The position numbers and the translations under genes are program-made. Positions 20,206-30,646 of a stretch of 64,000 nt of DNA are shown in pieces. Origin of the DNA: Acidimicrobiia bacterium (lineage in GTDB: Bacteria; Actinomycetota; Acidimicrobiia; Spongiisociales; UBA5794); NCBI GenBank assembly GCA_041611095.1, contig JBFINP010000006.1, positions 12,394 to 76,393 on the forward strand, read 5' to 3'. How positions within the stretch are numbered: position 1 is the first letter of the stretch; each line of letters starts with the position of its first letter. Under the pieces are notes generated by a model. The model was not told the DNA's origin. It made no database searches and saw only the letters and a program-made list of their open reading frames with translations.

Positions 20206-21966
20206 GTGAGATACACCAAGCGGCTCCTCGCGTTGCTCTTCGTGTTCATGCTCGTAGCGGCGGCGTGTGGAGGAGACGACGAGACCGGAGACGACACCGA
20301 CACCACTGCGGCCGCCCCGGAAACCACCGCGGCGGCGCCCGACACGACTGCAGCTACGCCCGACACGGCGCCCGAGACGACCGCCGCCGGCGGTGACTTC
20401 GCCGGCGCCAAGGTCGAGGCGCCCAATTGCGACTACGGCGGCCGGATCTCCTCGATCGAGGCGGTCGACGAGCTCACCGTCGTGTTCACGCTGTGCTCGC
20501 CGCAGCCGGCGTTCCAGCAGATCGCGGCCTTCACGCCGTTCGGAATCCAGCCGGCCGAGCACCTTGCCGCAACCAACGGTGCTCCGCTCGACAATCCGAT
20601 CGGCACCGGTCCGTTCAAGCTGGACACGTGGCAGCGCGGCGACAGCATCATCTACTCGGCAAACCAGGACTACTGGGGCGACGTCCCGGTGTTCGACACC
20701 CTGGTGTTCCGGTGGGCAACCGAAGGTGCGGCCCGTCTGCTCGAGCTGCAATCCGGCACGGTCGACCAGATCACCAATGTGAGCCCGGACGACTTCGACA
20801 CCGTGAGGAACGACCCCAATCTGACGTTCCTGCCGGTGGCGAACCCGAACACGCTGTACCTGGCGATGACGGCGCAACTCGATCCCTTCGGCGACAGCCC
20901 GGGTGGGGACACGGTCTTCGCCGACGTCAACGTGCGCAAGGCGATCGCCATGGGCATCGACCGGCAGCGGATCGTCGACAACTTCTACCCGGACGGGTCT
21001 GAGGTTGCGTCGCACTTCACGCCGTGCTCCATCCCCAACGGGTGCGAGGGCGAGTCGTGGTACGAGTTCGATCCGGAAGCGGCGCGCCAGATGCTGGCGG
21101 ATGCCGGATTCCCCGACGGCTTCTCGACCACGATCTTCTACCGGGACGTCTTCCGCGGGTATCTGCCGGAGCCGAGCCAGGTGGCGGTCGAGTTCCAGAC
21201 CCAGCTCCAGCAGAACCTGAACATCGACGCCCAGATCCAGGTCATGGAGTCGGGTGAGTTCATCGACGAGTCGACCAACGGCCGTCTCGACGGGTTCTAC
21301 CTGCTCGGGTGGGGTGCGGACTACCCGCATGTCACGAACTTCCTCGACTTCCACTTCAGCAAGTCGAACCCGCAGTTCGGCGAGCCGCACGAGGCGATCT
21401 GGAGCTTGCTCGAGCAGGGCTCGACGATCGCCGACCCGGCGGAAGCCGCACCGATCTACGAGCAGGCGAACAACGCCATCAAGGAGCTCGTGCCCATGGT
21501 GCCGATCGCCCACGGCGCTTCGGCATCGGCGGCGCTGGCGAGCGTCGACGGTGCTCACTTCCCGCCGTTCGGCGCACCGCAGTTCCAGTTCGTGGATCCG
21601 GGCAAGGACACGTTCGTGTTCATGCAGAACGCCGAGCCCATCAGCCTCTACTGCACCGACGAGACGGACGGTGAGTCGCTTGCGGCCTGCCAGCAGGTCG
21701 TCGAGGCGCTGCTCACGTACGCCCAGGACTCGGGCGAGGTGCTCCCAGCGCTGGCCACCGGCTGCGAGGCCAACGAGGATGCCACCGTGTGGACGTGCTC
21801 GCTCCGTGAGGGCGTCACGTTCCACGACGGCTCGGCCTTCGACGCCAACGACGTCGTGGCTTCGTGGGCTGCCGGGATCAACGCCGGCGACCCGCTCCAC
21901 ACCGGGAACACCGGTGCGTTCGAGTACTACAGCTACCTGTGGGATGCGCTCATCCCCGCAGGCTGA
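20206..21966 (+). CDS. ABC peptide transporter substrate-binding lipoprotein (family 5), circularly permuted
   Basis: Lipobox VAAAC, Thr/Ala linker, PIGTGPFKL near the N-terminus; the LREGVTFHDG module sits at the C-terminus. Confidence 0.9.
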   Translation: MRYTKRLLALLFVFMLVAAACGGDDETGDDTDTTAAAPETTAAAPDTTAATPDTAPETTAAGGDFAGAKVEAPNCDYGGRISSIEAVDELTVVFTLCSPQPAFQQIAAFTPFGIQPAEHLAATNGAPLDNPIGTGPFKLDTWQRGDSIIYSANQDYWGDVPVFDTLVFRWATEGAARLLELQSGTVDQITNVSPDDFDTVRNDPNLTFLPVANPNTLYLAMTAQLDPFGDSPGGDTVFADVNVRKAIAMGIDRQRIVDNFYPDGSEVASHFTPCSIPNGCEGESWYEFDPEAARQMLADAGFPDGFSTTIFYRDVFRGYLPEPSQVAVEFQTQLQQNLNIDAQIQVMESGEFIDESTNGRLDGFYLLGWGADYPHVTNFLDFHFSKSNPQFGEPHEAIWSLLEQGSTIADPAEAAPIYEQANNAIKELVPMVPIAHGASASAALASVDGAHFPPFGAPQFQFVDPGKDTFVFMQNAEPISLYCTDETDGESLAACQQVVEALLTYAQDSGEVLPALATGCEANEDATVWTCSLREGVTFHDGSAFDANDVVASWAAGINAGDPLHTGNTGAFEYYSYLWDALIPAG

Positions 21967-21999
21967 TCCGAAAGACCGTCCCAGAGAGGACGAGACCGC

Positions 22000-22038
22000 A
22001 GGGCCCGCCCACAAACCCGTGGGCGGGCCCTTTGCTTT
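22000..22038 (+). terminator. Intrinsic terminator/stabilising hairpin after the SBP gene
   Basis: AGGGCCCGCCCAC-AAACCC-GTGGGCGGGCCCT followed by TTGCTTT. Confidence 0.8.
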
Positions 22039-22097
22039 GGCTCTAAGGTTGCGACGAGCGCCACTCGGTGCTCGGAGGCACGAGAAGAGGCAGCGGA

Positions 22098-23165
22098 ATG
22101 CCGCAATACATCGCCAGGCGTCTGCTCTTCGCCATTCCGGTGCTCTTCGGGATCCTCGTCGTGACGTTCATGCTCGCCCGGCTCATCCCCGGCGACCCCT
22201 GCAAGTCGATTCTCGGGGAGAAAGCGACTGCCGCCGCATGCGAGGCCTTCGCCGAGAACAAAGGCCTCAACGACCCGATCCCGGTCCAGCTAGGTATCTA
22301 CATCCGTGACGTCGCCGGTGGAGACTTCGGTGACTCGATCCGCTTCTCCCGGCCCGTCTCTCAGATCCTCGTCGAGCGCATCCCGCTGACCATCGAGCTC
22401 TCGCTCACGGCACTGGTCCTGGCGCTGCTCATCGGGGTTCCGCTGGGCATCATCTCCGCGATGCGCCACAACTCGGCGGCCGACGTCGGAACGATGATGT
22501 TCGCCAACATCGGAGTGTCGATGCCCGTCTTCTGGCTGGGTCTGATGCTCATCTACGTCTTCGCCGCCCAACTCGGGTGGTTACCGCCGTCGGGACGGCT
22601 GACGGCAGGCGTGGTCTCGATCCCGTTCTACGAAGCGTGGGGCTGGACCGTTCAGCCGGATACGTTCCAGTTCCGCGTCGTCGAGTTCATCTCCAACCAC
22701 TACCTCCTCAACTCGGTCATCACCGGAGAATGGGAAGTGTTCCGGGACGGCGTGAAGCACCTCATACTGCCGGCGGTTGCCCTGTCGACGATCCCCATGG
22801 CCATCATCGCCCGCATGACCCGCTCGAGCCTGCTCGACGTGCTCGGCCGCGACTACGTGCGCACGGCGAGAGCCAAGGGGGCCCGGGAGCGCCGGGTGGT
22901 CGCCAAGCACGCGCTCCGCAACGCATTGTTGCCGGTCGTCACGATCGTCGGCTTGCAGATGGGTGCGTTGCTGTCCGGGGCCGTGCTCACCGAGACCGTG
23001 TTCGGTCTCGCCGGGATGGGGACGATGCTGTTCGAGGCCATCACCGCTCGCGACTTCCCGATCATCCAGGGCTTCACGGTGATCGTCGCTGCCGCCTACG
23101 TGGTGATCAATCTCATCGTTGACGTCTCGTACGCATACCTGGACCCGCGGATCCGCTTGGAGTGA
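22098..23165 (+). CDS. dppB: ABC peptide transporter permease (DppB/OppB)
   Basis: PGDP, GDFGDS, DYVRTARAKG, HALRNA, ETVF, DPRIR. Confidence 0.9.
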   Translation: MPQYIARRLLFAIPVLFGILVVTFMLARLIPGDPCKSILGEKATAAACEAFAENKGLNDPIPVQLGIYIRDVAGGDFGDSIRFSRPVSQILVERIPLTIELSLTALVLALLIGVPLGIISAMRHNSAADVGTMMFANIGVSMPVFWLGLMLIYVFAAQLGWLPPSGRLTAGVVSIPFYEAWGWTVQPDTFQFRVVEFISNHYLLNSVITGEWEVFRDGVKHLILPAVALSTIPMAIIARMTRSSLLDVLGRDYVRTARAKGARERRVVAKHALRNALLPVVTIVGLQMGALLSGAVLTETVFGLAGMGTMLFEAITARDFPIIQGFTVIVAAAYVVINLIVDVSYAYLDPRIRLE

Positions 23166-23169
23166 TGCG

Positions 23170-24138
23170 ATGAGTACGAGCCCGGTGAGCCCGCTCGAGC
23201 AGCAGACTGAGGATGCCCTCCGCGAGCAGCAGCATGAGCAGACCCACGATCGCCCGATCGGGCTGTGGCGCGGTGCGTGGCGGCGGCTGCTTCGCCGCAA
23301 GACCGGCGTGGTCGGCCTGGTCATCGTCGGTGTCCTCATCATCGTCGCCGCCTTTGCCCCGCTCATCGCTCCGCACGACCCGACACAAGACTTCCTCAGC
23401 GAAGAAGGCTCGACTCGCCGTGATCCGCCGTGCGTCCACGTGTTCGGCTGCGATCCCGAGAAGCCGCAGCACATTCTCGGACTGGACGGCAACGGACGTG
23501 ATCTCTTCAGCCGTGTCGTCTACGGAACTCGGGTCAGTCTGTCGATTGGCTTCATCACCGTGACCCTCGCCTTCGTCATCGGCTCGGCCCTTGGGGCGAT
23601 CGCCGGATTCTGGGGAGGGCTACCGGACAACAGCATCATGCGGGTGATGGACGTGATCCTCGGTTTTCCGGCACTGCTGCTCGCCATCGCCATCGTTGCC
23701 GCGCTCGGTCCCGGGCTGCGCAATACCATGCTGGCGATCGCCGTCGTCTCGATCCCGGCGTACGCTCGCGTCATGCGAGCGAGCGTGCTTTCGATCAAGG
23801 AGTTGGAGTACGTCGCGGCTTCCCGGGCTCTGGGTGCGGGGCGGCTGCGCATCCTGTGGTCGCGGGTCGTTCCCAACGCGCTGACGCCCCTCGTCGTCAT
23901 CGGCACGCTCGGTATCGCCACGGCCATCCTCGACGCTGCAGCGTTCGGCTTCCTCGGTCTCGGTGCCCAAGAGCCGACGGCGGAGTGGGGGAGCATGCTG
24001 GCTCGGGAGCGCAACCAGCTCTTCAGCGCACCCCATCTCGTGTTCTTCCCGGGTATCGCCATCATGATCACCGTGCTCGGCTTCAACCTCCTCGGCGACG
24101 GTCTGCGCGATGCCCTCGACCCATCCCTCGCCGACTGA
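23170..24138 (+). CDS. dppC: ABC peptide transporter permease (DppC/OppC)
   Basis: LGLDGNGRDLFSRVVYG, EYVAASRALG, EWGSML, GDGLRDALDP. Confidence 0.9.
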   Translation: MSTSPVSPLEQQTEDALREQQHEQTHDRPIGLWRGAWRRLLRRKTGVVGLVIVGVLIIVAAFAPLIAPHDPTQDFLSEEGSTRRDPPCVHVFGCDPEKPQHILGLDGNGRDLFSRVVYGTRVSLSIGFITVTLAFVIGSALGAIAGFWGGLPDNSIMRVMDVILGFPALLLAIAIVAALGPGLRNTMLAIAVVSIPAYARVMRASVLSIKELEYVAASRALGAGRLRILWSRVVPNALTPLVVIGTLGIATAILDAAAFGFLGLGAQEPTAEWGSMLARERNQLFSAPHLVFFPGIAIMITVLGFNLLGDGLRDALDPSLAD

Positions 24139-25145
24139 TGACGGACTACGGCCGCGACGGCATGCCGGTCCTCGAGGTACGTGATCTCGTCACGCACTTC
24201 CACACGAGGGACGGGGTGGTCCGCGCCGTCGACGGGGTGAATCTGCAGGTCCATCGTGGGGAGGTGCTCGGCCTCGTCGGGGAGTCCGGGTGCGGGAAGT
24301 CGGTCACCTCGTTGTCGATCATGAACCTGGTGCCGCCACCGGGCGCGATCGAAGGCGGCCAGGTGCTGTTCCAGGGTCGCGACGTGCTCGGGATGTCGAA
24401 GAGCGAGCTGACGGATCTGCGTGGCGAGCACATCTCGATGATCTTCCAGCAGCCCACCTCGTCGCTGAACCCCGTGTACCGCGTCGGTGCGCAGATCGCC
24501 GAGGTCTTCGAGTTGCACCGGGACATCAAGCGGCGCGTGGCAGCGGAGCGTGCCGTCGCCATGCTCGAGAAGGTCGGGATCCCGGATCCGGAGCGGCGGG
24601 TGAAGTCGTACCCGCACGAGTTCTCCGGGGGCATGGCTCAGCGGGTCATGATCGCGATGGCACTCGCCTGCGAGCCAGAGCTGTTGATCGCAGACGAGCC
24701 GACCACCGCCCTCGACGTGACGATCCAGGCGCAGATCCTGGATCTGATGCGGGATCTGCAGCGGGACTCGGGAACCGCGGTCATCCTCATCACACACGAT
24801 CTGGGGATCGTCGCCGAGATGGCCGATCGCGTCGCCGTCATGTACGCCGGCGAGATCGTCGAGGAGGCCGATGTCGCGACGCTCTTCACCGATCCAAGAC
24901 ATCCCTACACCCAAGGCCTGATCGGCTCCGTTCCCGTGCTCGGCACCGTCAAGGAAGAGCTCGACGTCATTCCCGGGAACGTTCCCAACCTGGTCGATCT
25001 CCCAATCGGGTGCCGCTTCGCCGACCGCTGCAAGGCGCGGGTGGAGAACGAGCTCGAGATCTGCACGCGACAGAAACCCGAGCTGCTGCCGGTGGGGGAG
25101 CGACACGTCGCCCGCTGCTGGCTCTACGCGGACGGTGCCGAGTGA
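24138..25145 (+). CDS. dppD: ABC peptide transporter ATPase (DppD/OppD)
   Basis: [37 protein letters not shown]. Confidence 0.92.
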   Translation: MTDYGRDGMPVLEVRDLVTHFHTRDGVVRAVDGVNLQVHRGEVLGLVGESGCGKSVTSLSIMNLVPPPGAIEGGQVLFQGRDVLGMSKSELTDLRGEHISMIFQQPTSSLNPVYRVGAQIAEVFELHRDIKRRVAAERAVAMLEKVGIPDPERRVKSYPHEFSGGMAQRVMIAMALACEPELLIADEPTTALDVTIQAQILDLMRDLQRDSGTAVILITHDLGIVAEMADRVAVMYAGEIVEEADVATLFTDPRHPYTQGLIGSVPVLGTVKEELDVIPGNVPNLVDLPIGCRFADRCKARVENELEICTRQKPELLPVGERHVARCWLYADGAE

Positions 25146-26152
25146 GCGAGCCCCTCATCCGTGTCAGGAACCTCGTGAAGGACTTCCCGATCAAAGGTGG
25201 TGTGCTGCAGCGGGTGAAGGGGCAGGTGCGCGCTGTCGATCACGTTTCCTTCGACATCAACAGGGGCGAGACGCTCGGGCTGGTGGGTGAGTCGGGATGC
25301 GGCAAGACCACCCTGGGTCGGATGCTCGTCCGGCTGCTCGATCCCACCGACGGGACGATCGAGTTCGCAGGTCGCGATCTCGCGCACCTCGAGGGTGCGG
25401 AGCTGAAGAAGATGCGCCAGGAGGTGCAGATCATCTTCCAGGACCCGTTCTCGTCGCTCGATCCGCGCTCGCCGGTGGGCGACAGCATCGCCGAGGGTCT
25501 GAAGATCCACGGCATCGGTGACGCCAAGGAGCGGCACCGCCGGGTGCTCGAGATGCTGGAGCTCGTCGGGCTCGAGCCTTACCACTCCCGCCGCTTCCCC
25601 CACGAGTTCTCCGGGGGTCAGCGACAGCGAATCGGGATCGCCCGGGCGCTCATCATGCGGCCGACGCTCGTCGTCGCCGACGAACCGGTGTCGGCGCTCG
25701 ACGTTTCGGTCCAGGCGCAGGTGCTGAACCTGCTCAAGGAGCTCCAAGACGAGCTGGATCTCACCTTGCTGTTCATCGCCCACAACCTGGCGGTGGTCGA
25801 GCACATCAGTGATCGGGTGGCGGTCATGTACCTTGGCGACATCGTCGAGATCACCGACCGAGAGACGTTGTATCGCAACCCGACCCATCCGTACACGCAG
25901 GCCCTCCTGTCGGCGATCCCGATTCCCGACCCGACGCTGCGCCGCACGCGCGTGGTGTTGGAGGGTGACGTGCCGAGCCCGCTCAACCCCCCGTCGGGAT
26001 GCCGCTTCCACACACGGTGTCCGATCGCCCGGCCCGAGATCTGCCCGATCGAGGCGCCGCGGCTCCTTCCGGTCGGCGATCGGGCCGATCACGTCGCCGC
26101 CTGTCACCTGCGGACGGGGGAGTACCGCCACCTGGATCCGGCCCGGGTGTGA
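25142..26152 (+). CDS. dppF: ABC peptide transporter ATPase (DppF/OppF)
   Basis: [33 protein letters not shown]. Confidence 0.92.
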   Translation: MSEPLIRVRNLVKDFPIKGGVLQRVKGQVRAVDHVSFDINRGETLGLVGESGCGKTTLGRMLVRLLDPTDGTIEFAGRDLAHLEGAELKKMRQEVQIIFQDPFSSLDPRSPVGDSIAEGLKIHGIGDAKERHRRVLEMLELVGLEPYHSRRFPHEFSGGQRQRIGIARALIMRPTLVVADEPVSALDVSVQAQVLNLLKELQDELDLTLLFIAHNLAVVEHISDRVAVMYLGDIVEITDRETLYRNPTHPYTQALLSAIPIPDPTLRRTRVVLEGDVPSPLNPPSGCRFHTRCPIARPEICPIEAPRLLPVGDRADHVAACHLRTGEYRHLDPARV

Positions 26153-26158
26153 TCGGCC

Positions 26159-26731
26159 TCACTCGTCGGCCCGGGCGACCCCGTCGTCCACGTCCTTGAC
26201 TCCGAACTGACAGGCGGGGACGGCGGCGAACGCCGTGGTGAGCGCTTCATCGCCGTAGCCTGCGATCTCCGGCTTCACGACGTCGATGAGCTTCTCGAAC
26301 TCACCGAAGAACGAAGGCACCCGCTGCCGGCCCGGCGGCTCTTCGGCCGCCGGCGTCGACTCGATCGTAGCGATCAGGTCGGCGAGCTCACCTCGGGCGA
26401 CCGCCACGCCGGCTGCGATCTCGGCGACCATCGTCGCCGTGTGCCTGGTGGCGGGGAGATCGGCGACGGCGGCGGAGAGCTCGTCGAGCTCCGCACCGAG
26501 GTCCGCAAACGTGGTGAAGTAGAGAGCCTGGCGCTGGGTGGGATCCTGCTCCGTGGTCGCGGACCTGCTCATGTGGTTGATCCGCTCGCCGACGCCGAGC
26601 TGCCACTCCCACAGGAGCGGGCACACATCGAGCGCCAGCTCGTCGAGCGACGCTGCGCTGCGTGGCGGGTCCGTACCGCCTCCGCACCCGACGAGGATGA
26701 GAACCATGAGGCCGGCGCCGATGCATCTCAT
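26159..26731 (-). CDS. Hypothetical helical lipoprotein
   Basis: MRCIGAGLMVLILVGC lipobox; ATGA-coupled to the upstream ligase-family gene. Confidence 0.7.
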   Translation of the reverse strand: MRCIGAGLMVLILVGCGGGTDPPRSAASLDELALDVCPLLWEWQLGVGERINHMSRSATTEQDPTQRQALYFTTFADLGAELDELSAAVADLPATRHTATMVAEIAAGVAVARGELADLIATIESTPAAEEPPGRQRVPSFFGEFEKLIDVVKPEIAGYGDEALTTAFAAVPACQFGVKDVDDGVARADE

Positions 26732-27492
26732 CCCGGGGCGAGCGCCACGTGCTCGGCGGCCAGCCGGCGGGCCAGCGCGAGGGTGGCCGGATCCAACACC
26801 CCTCGATCGAGATGGGCGAGCCCGCCGAGCTGGTCGAGGACGGAGGCGATCGTGTCGTCTGTGGTGATCCCGGGGCGGACGTCGTCGAGGGCGCCTGCTG
26901 TGGCCGGATCCCAAGTGAGCCCGAGTGCGGCGTAGACGGGCACCAAGACCTCTCGGATCAGGTCCGAGCCCTGCACGACGATGACGCCGCCGACGTGCGC
27001 CGCATGTCTTGCGAGGCGCTGGCCGACACCCATGAGCTTGATACGTCCGTCGTGGTGCACCGAGTAGTCCCCCGGGCAGTACTCGCCGGCGATCTGGCCC
27101 ACGGCGCCGGCGACACCCAGCCGGGCGAACGCACCGACCATGATCGAAGCGAGCCGCTCGAACCGCTCATAGATGCCGGAGCGGGGGTCGGGATCTGGGA
27201 TCGTCCATGCGAAGGCCAGCGTGAGCTCCGTGAAGACGGCGGCCCTCCCGCCGGCGAGGCGCTCGATCGAGGTGAAGCCTCTGTCCCTGGCTGCCGAGAC
27301 CGCCTCGGCATAGCCCGGTTCGAGGGTGTCGCGCTTGCCGAATGCCACGATGCGGTTTGGCACGTGCAGGCGAAACGTCTCGGGCACCTCACCTCGCGAT
27401 GCCCTCAGGAGCAGAGCACGGGACACCGCGGTGTCGACGCCTGGCTCGGACGGATAGGCGTCGTGCAGGATACGGATCGTTCGATCGGACAC
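26728..27492 (-). CDS. Lipoate-protein ligase family protein (LipL-like amidotransferase)
   Basis: RLAGGRAA, EYCPGDYSV, KLMGVGQR. Confidence 0.82.
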   Translation of the reverse strand: MSDRTIRILHDAYPSEPGVDTAVSRALLLRASRGEVPETFRLHVPNRIVAFGKRDTLEPGYAEAVSAARDRGFTSIERLAGGRAAVFTELTLAFAWTIPDPDPRSGIYERFERLASIMVGAFARLGVAGAVGQIAGEYCPGDYSVHHDGRIKLMGVGQRLARHAAHVGGVIVVQGSDLIREVLVPVYAALGLTWDPATAGALDDVRPGITTDDTIASVLDQLGGLAHLDRGVLDPATLALARRLAAEHVALAPG

Positions 27493-27565
27493 GGCGTCAG
27501 GCTAACGATGCACGTGTTGGGCGAGAGCGCCGGTAGGCTCGGCGCCTCGGGCTGGTGAATCCAGG

Positions 27566-28291
27566 ATGGTTTCGGTCGTGCGACGTCTTCTCTTGTGTGG
27601 AGCGCTCATGCTGCTCCTCGCCTCATGTGGCGAGGAGGGGTTACTCGACGGGCTCGGGGAGCGGTCCCACGAGTACGTCGAGGGCTCGACGACGACGACG
27701 CTCTTCTCCGACGTCACGGTGCCCCAGACCACACCTCCTGGCGTGGTCGCCGCCGGCTCTGTGAATTGGTTCAACGTCGGGATCGAAGGTGAGGAGCCCA
27801 GCCCGGAGCCTGCGATCGTCCTGGCGGCGGTGTGGAGGCGGGGCCGGGACACGGGTCGGTTCATCCAGGCCAGCCCGCGTGAGATCGCGACTGCGCTGCC
27901 CGGCATCGAGTTCCCGGCGGTCGTCCCCGAGCAGGCTGGATGGGTTACGAGCCAGTTGGTGTTCGACGCCGCGTCGGCGACCTTGGACATCGACACCTCG
28001 GCGGCGTTCGGCATGTGGGCCGTCGAGCCCTACACCGAGGACGAGGCCCGATTGGCGGTGCTCCGTGTCGGCCAGGCGGCCAACGTCGCCGAGGTGGGCG
28101 GAGGAATCACGTCGTCGGCGGTCGAGGACGGTCTCAGTCTCCAGTGGACCGATGGAGGATTCCGCTACGAGCTCTTCTGCGTGGCCCAGATCCCCGAGGA
28201 CATGTGCTGGCAGATGGTCGAGTCGGCCCAGCCGCTCGACCGCGTTGCGCCGACCCCGCCGCCGGTCGTCGAGGGTGAATCGACCGGCTGA
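27566..28291 (+). CDS. Hypothetical lipoprotein
   Basis: LLLASC lipobox, Thr-rich linker, C-terminal Cys pair. Confidence 0.72.
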   Translation: MVSVVRRLLLCGALMLLLASCGEEGLLDGLGERSHEYVEGSTTTTLFSDVTVPQTTPPGVVAAGSVNWFNVGIEGEEPSPEPAIVLAAVWRRGRDTGRFIQASPREIATALPGIEFPAVVPEQAGWVTSQLVFDAASATLDIDTSAAFGMWAVEPYTEDEARLAVLRVGQAANVAEVGGGITSSAVEDGLSLQWTDGGFRYELFCVAQIPEDMCWQMVESAQPLDRVAPTPPPVVEGESTG

Positions 28292-28343
28292 GGAGGAGCC
28301 GAGGCAGCGGCCGCGGCTCGTGGGCCACGACCGCTGCCTTGCG

Positions 28344-30452
28344 TCACCTCGCTCGGCGGCAGGTGCCCACGATCTGCGCGGTACCGCTGGCATCGTCGAT
28401 GGCGACGGCGCCGTACAGCCCATTGAGATTGGCGGTGCAGGGGCGGATGATCTTGACGGCAGTGGCGTCGGCCCCGACGTAGATGCCGTAGACCTTGGCC
28501 TCTTTCGTCGGGCTGCCCACGGCGATCGGGCCACCCCAGCCGGCATCGGCGCCGTCGAGTGCGACGTCGACGAGCCGGACATTGCCGCTGTCGGTGAAGA
28601 TGTCGAACCCGAATGCCGAGCCGGCGTAGGCCGTGATGTCGCGCACCGTCGCTTTGGCGACAAACGCATCTTGCGTGCCGGCAAACGTGTAGCCCCGGAC
28701 CACGGCACCTCCATAGCCGGGCAGAGTCGCCGAGGGATGCGACGTCCCCTCGAGGTAGTCGCCGCACAGGGTCGAACCTGCCTCGCCGAGGTTGTCGAGA
28801 CCGGTCACGCTGGTGTTGACCAGGCGAACGTCCCGGGCCGCATCCATCTTGAAGGCGATGACTCCCTTGTTGACGTGGAACATCGAGTCCCCGTTGCAGA
28901 CATAGGTCACACCCGCTTCGGCGAGCGTCTCGGCGCCCGGCTCGCCCTCGACCCAGTCGAGCACCGAGGTTGGGATGTTGAGCCGGCTCAGGTCGAGTTG
29001 TGACGACCCGAACTCGCCGTTGAGATTCGCCTTGGCCACGAATGCCTGGGCGTTGGCGACGGGGTTCCCCGTGTAGCGGGCGACGGCATCGTCCATGTCC
29101 GAGATCGTCACCGGCTCACCCGTCGCCGGATCGAGATTGCGGATCTGGAACACCGCACCGATCGGGTCGATGGCAGCAACCCCGTCGACGCTGATGGCGG
29201 GGACCTCGTTGATGAAGGCGCGCTGGCCGTGGACGTGAACGTTCCGGAAGGAGATGTCCTCCGCCGGGAGGGCCGTCACGCCGTCGGGCGCCGACGGGAA
29301 TCCGTTGACGGCGACGCCGAAGCTGTTGATGAGGAACGAGTACGAGTTGCCGTCGACGACGCCGTGCCGGTTGTGGAAGAGCCCATACTCCACCGGGTTT
29401 GCGACCTGGTCGATCTGGGCACGACCCCTCACGACGTTCGGGCTGGCGATGACATCGGCGTGGGTGTTGTTGATGGCGGTCTGCAGCTCGGCCTGCACGT
29501 CGTACACGTCCAGGGTTCGGCCGTCCACCTCCAAGGTCGTCGGCGAGCCGTTGCGAGCGAGCTCGTCGACGAAATGCTTGATGAACTGAGCCGACGAGAA
29601 CGTGCCCAGCACCGGGACGTCCTTGCGGTTGGTCGCGGTGACGTCGATGACGTCGAGACCCTTGACACCGTTGAGCGCCACGGCTCCCACCTCGTACCCG
29701 ACGAAATCGACGTTCTGGATGCGGATGTCCTCGTTCCCGTTGCCGTGGATGCCGTGATGAGAGCTCAGGCCGATCGTGCCGTTCTTGATCGTGACCCGTT
29801 TGGCGGAATCGATGCCCTCGCCGAAGTCGAATGGGCCCTGCGCCGGGATGAAGGGTTGATCGGCGAGCTCGATCACCGAGAAGAACCGCTGGAGGAGTGC
29901 GTGCTCAGGGCTCTGAGCGATGGTGTGGCCGCCGAGGTCGATCGTCACGTCGTCCGCGGTGACCGAGATCGCGGCGAAGAACCCGACGCCGTACGCGGCC
30001 GGATCGTATCGGGCATCCAGCGGTCCGCCGGGCTCGAAGTCGTCGACTCCCCCCGGGGCGAACTGGGTGAAGAGCGGGAAGCCTGCGTGATAGGCGTCGA
30101 CGGGCGTCGGCAGCTCGAGTGCCGAAGCCAGCCACGACGGGATCGTGCCGTCCGCCACGTCCGCCGTCAGTCTGGCCGGCGAGTTCGGGTTGAAGGTGAT
30201 GTCCTCGCCGAGTCGGTAGACGCCGGGCTTGTCGATGACGTACGTGCCGTACGCGAACTCCTCCGCCGTGAGTACGGTCACTCCTGCCGCAGCTGCGGGG
30301 GCTGCGGGCAGGGCGGTGAGCATTCCCGCAAGCAGGGTCAAGGCGACGACGAGTCGGGTTCCGCGGTTCGAGGAGCCTGCGGTGCGCCCTCTCATTGGTG
30401 AATTCATCGCTGCCAGAGCGCGTTCAGAGACGACACCGAGCTTCGTACCCAT
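28344..30452 (-). CDS. Large secreted protein with right-handed beta-helix-like repeats
   Basis: GGAGG SD before ATG 30452; signal peptide ending PAAAAG; VTIDLGGHTI, IKNGTIG, SSHHGIHGN. Confidence 0.8.
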   Translation of the reverse strand: MGTKLGVVSERALAAMNSPMRGRTAGSSNRGTRLVVALTLLAGMLTALPAAPAAAAGVTVLTAEEFAYGTYVIDKPGVYRLGEDITFNPNSPARLTADVADGTIPSWLASALELPTPVDAYHAGFPLFTQFAPGGVDDFEPGGPLDARYDPAAYGVGFFAAISVTADDVTIDLGGHTIAQSPEHALLQRFFSVIELADQPFIPAQGPFDFGEGIDSAKRVTIKNGTIGLSSHHGIHGNGNEDIRIQNVDFVGYEVGAVALNGVKGLDVIDVTATNRKDVPVLGTFSSAQFIKHFVDELARNGSPTTLEVDGRTLDVYDVQAELQTAINNTHADVIASPNVVRGRAQIDQVANPVEYGLFHNRHGVVDGNSYSFLINSFGVAVNGFPSAPDGVTALPAEDISFRNVHVHGQRAFINEVPAISVDGVAAIDPIGAVFQIRNLDPATGEPVTISDMDDAVARYTGNPVANAQAFVAKANLNGEFGSSQLDLSRLNIPTSVLDWVEGEPGAETLAEAGVTYVCNGDSMFHVNKGVIAFKMDAARDVRLVNTSVTGLDNLGEAGSTLCGDYLEGTSHPSATLPGYGGAVVRGYTFAGTQDAFVAKATVRDITAYAGSAFGFDIFTDSGNVRLVDVALDGADAGWGGPIAVGSPTKEAKVYGIYVGADATAVKIIRPCTANLNGLYGAVAIDDASGTAQIVGTCRRAR

Positions 30453-30646
30453 CTCGTACCTCCCCCTGCCGCATGATGCGGCGTCGCCACCACCCCCTGG
30501 TGGCGCCCTTCGTACCAAGAATGTCGGACTTCCGTCCGTAGGCCACCTTAGCCGGGAGTGTCGGATCCTGGTCAATGGGTCGCTGGACCCAGTGGGGCCG
30601 CGAGGCCACCGGGGCAACGCAGGACCGCCCCTGATACGATCAGAAC

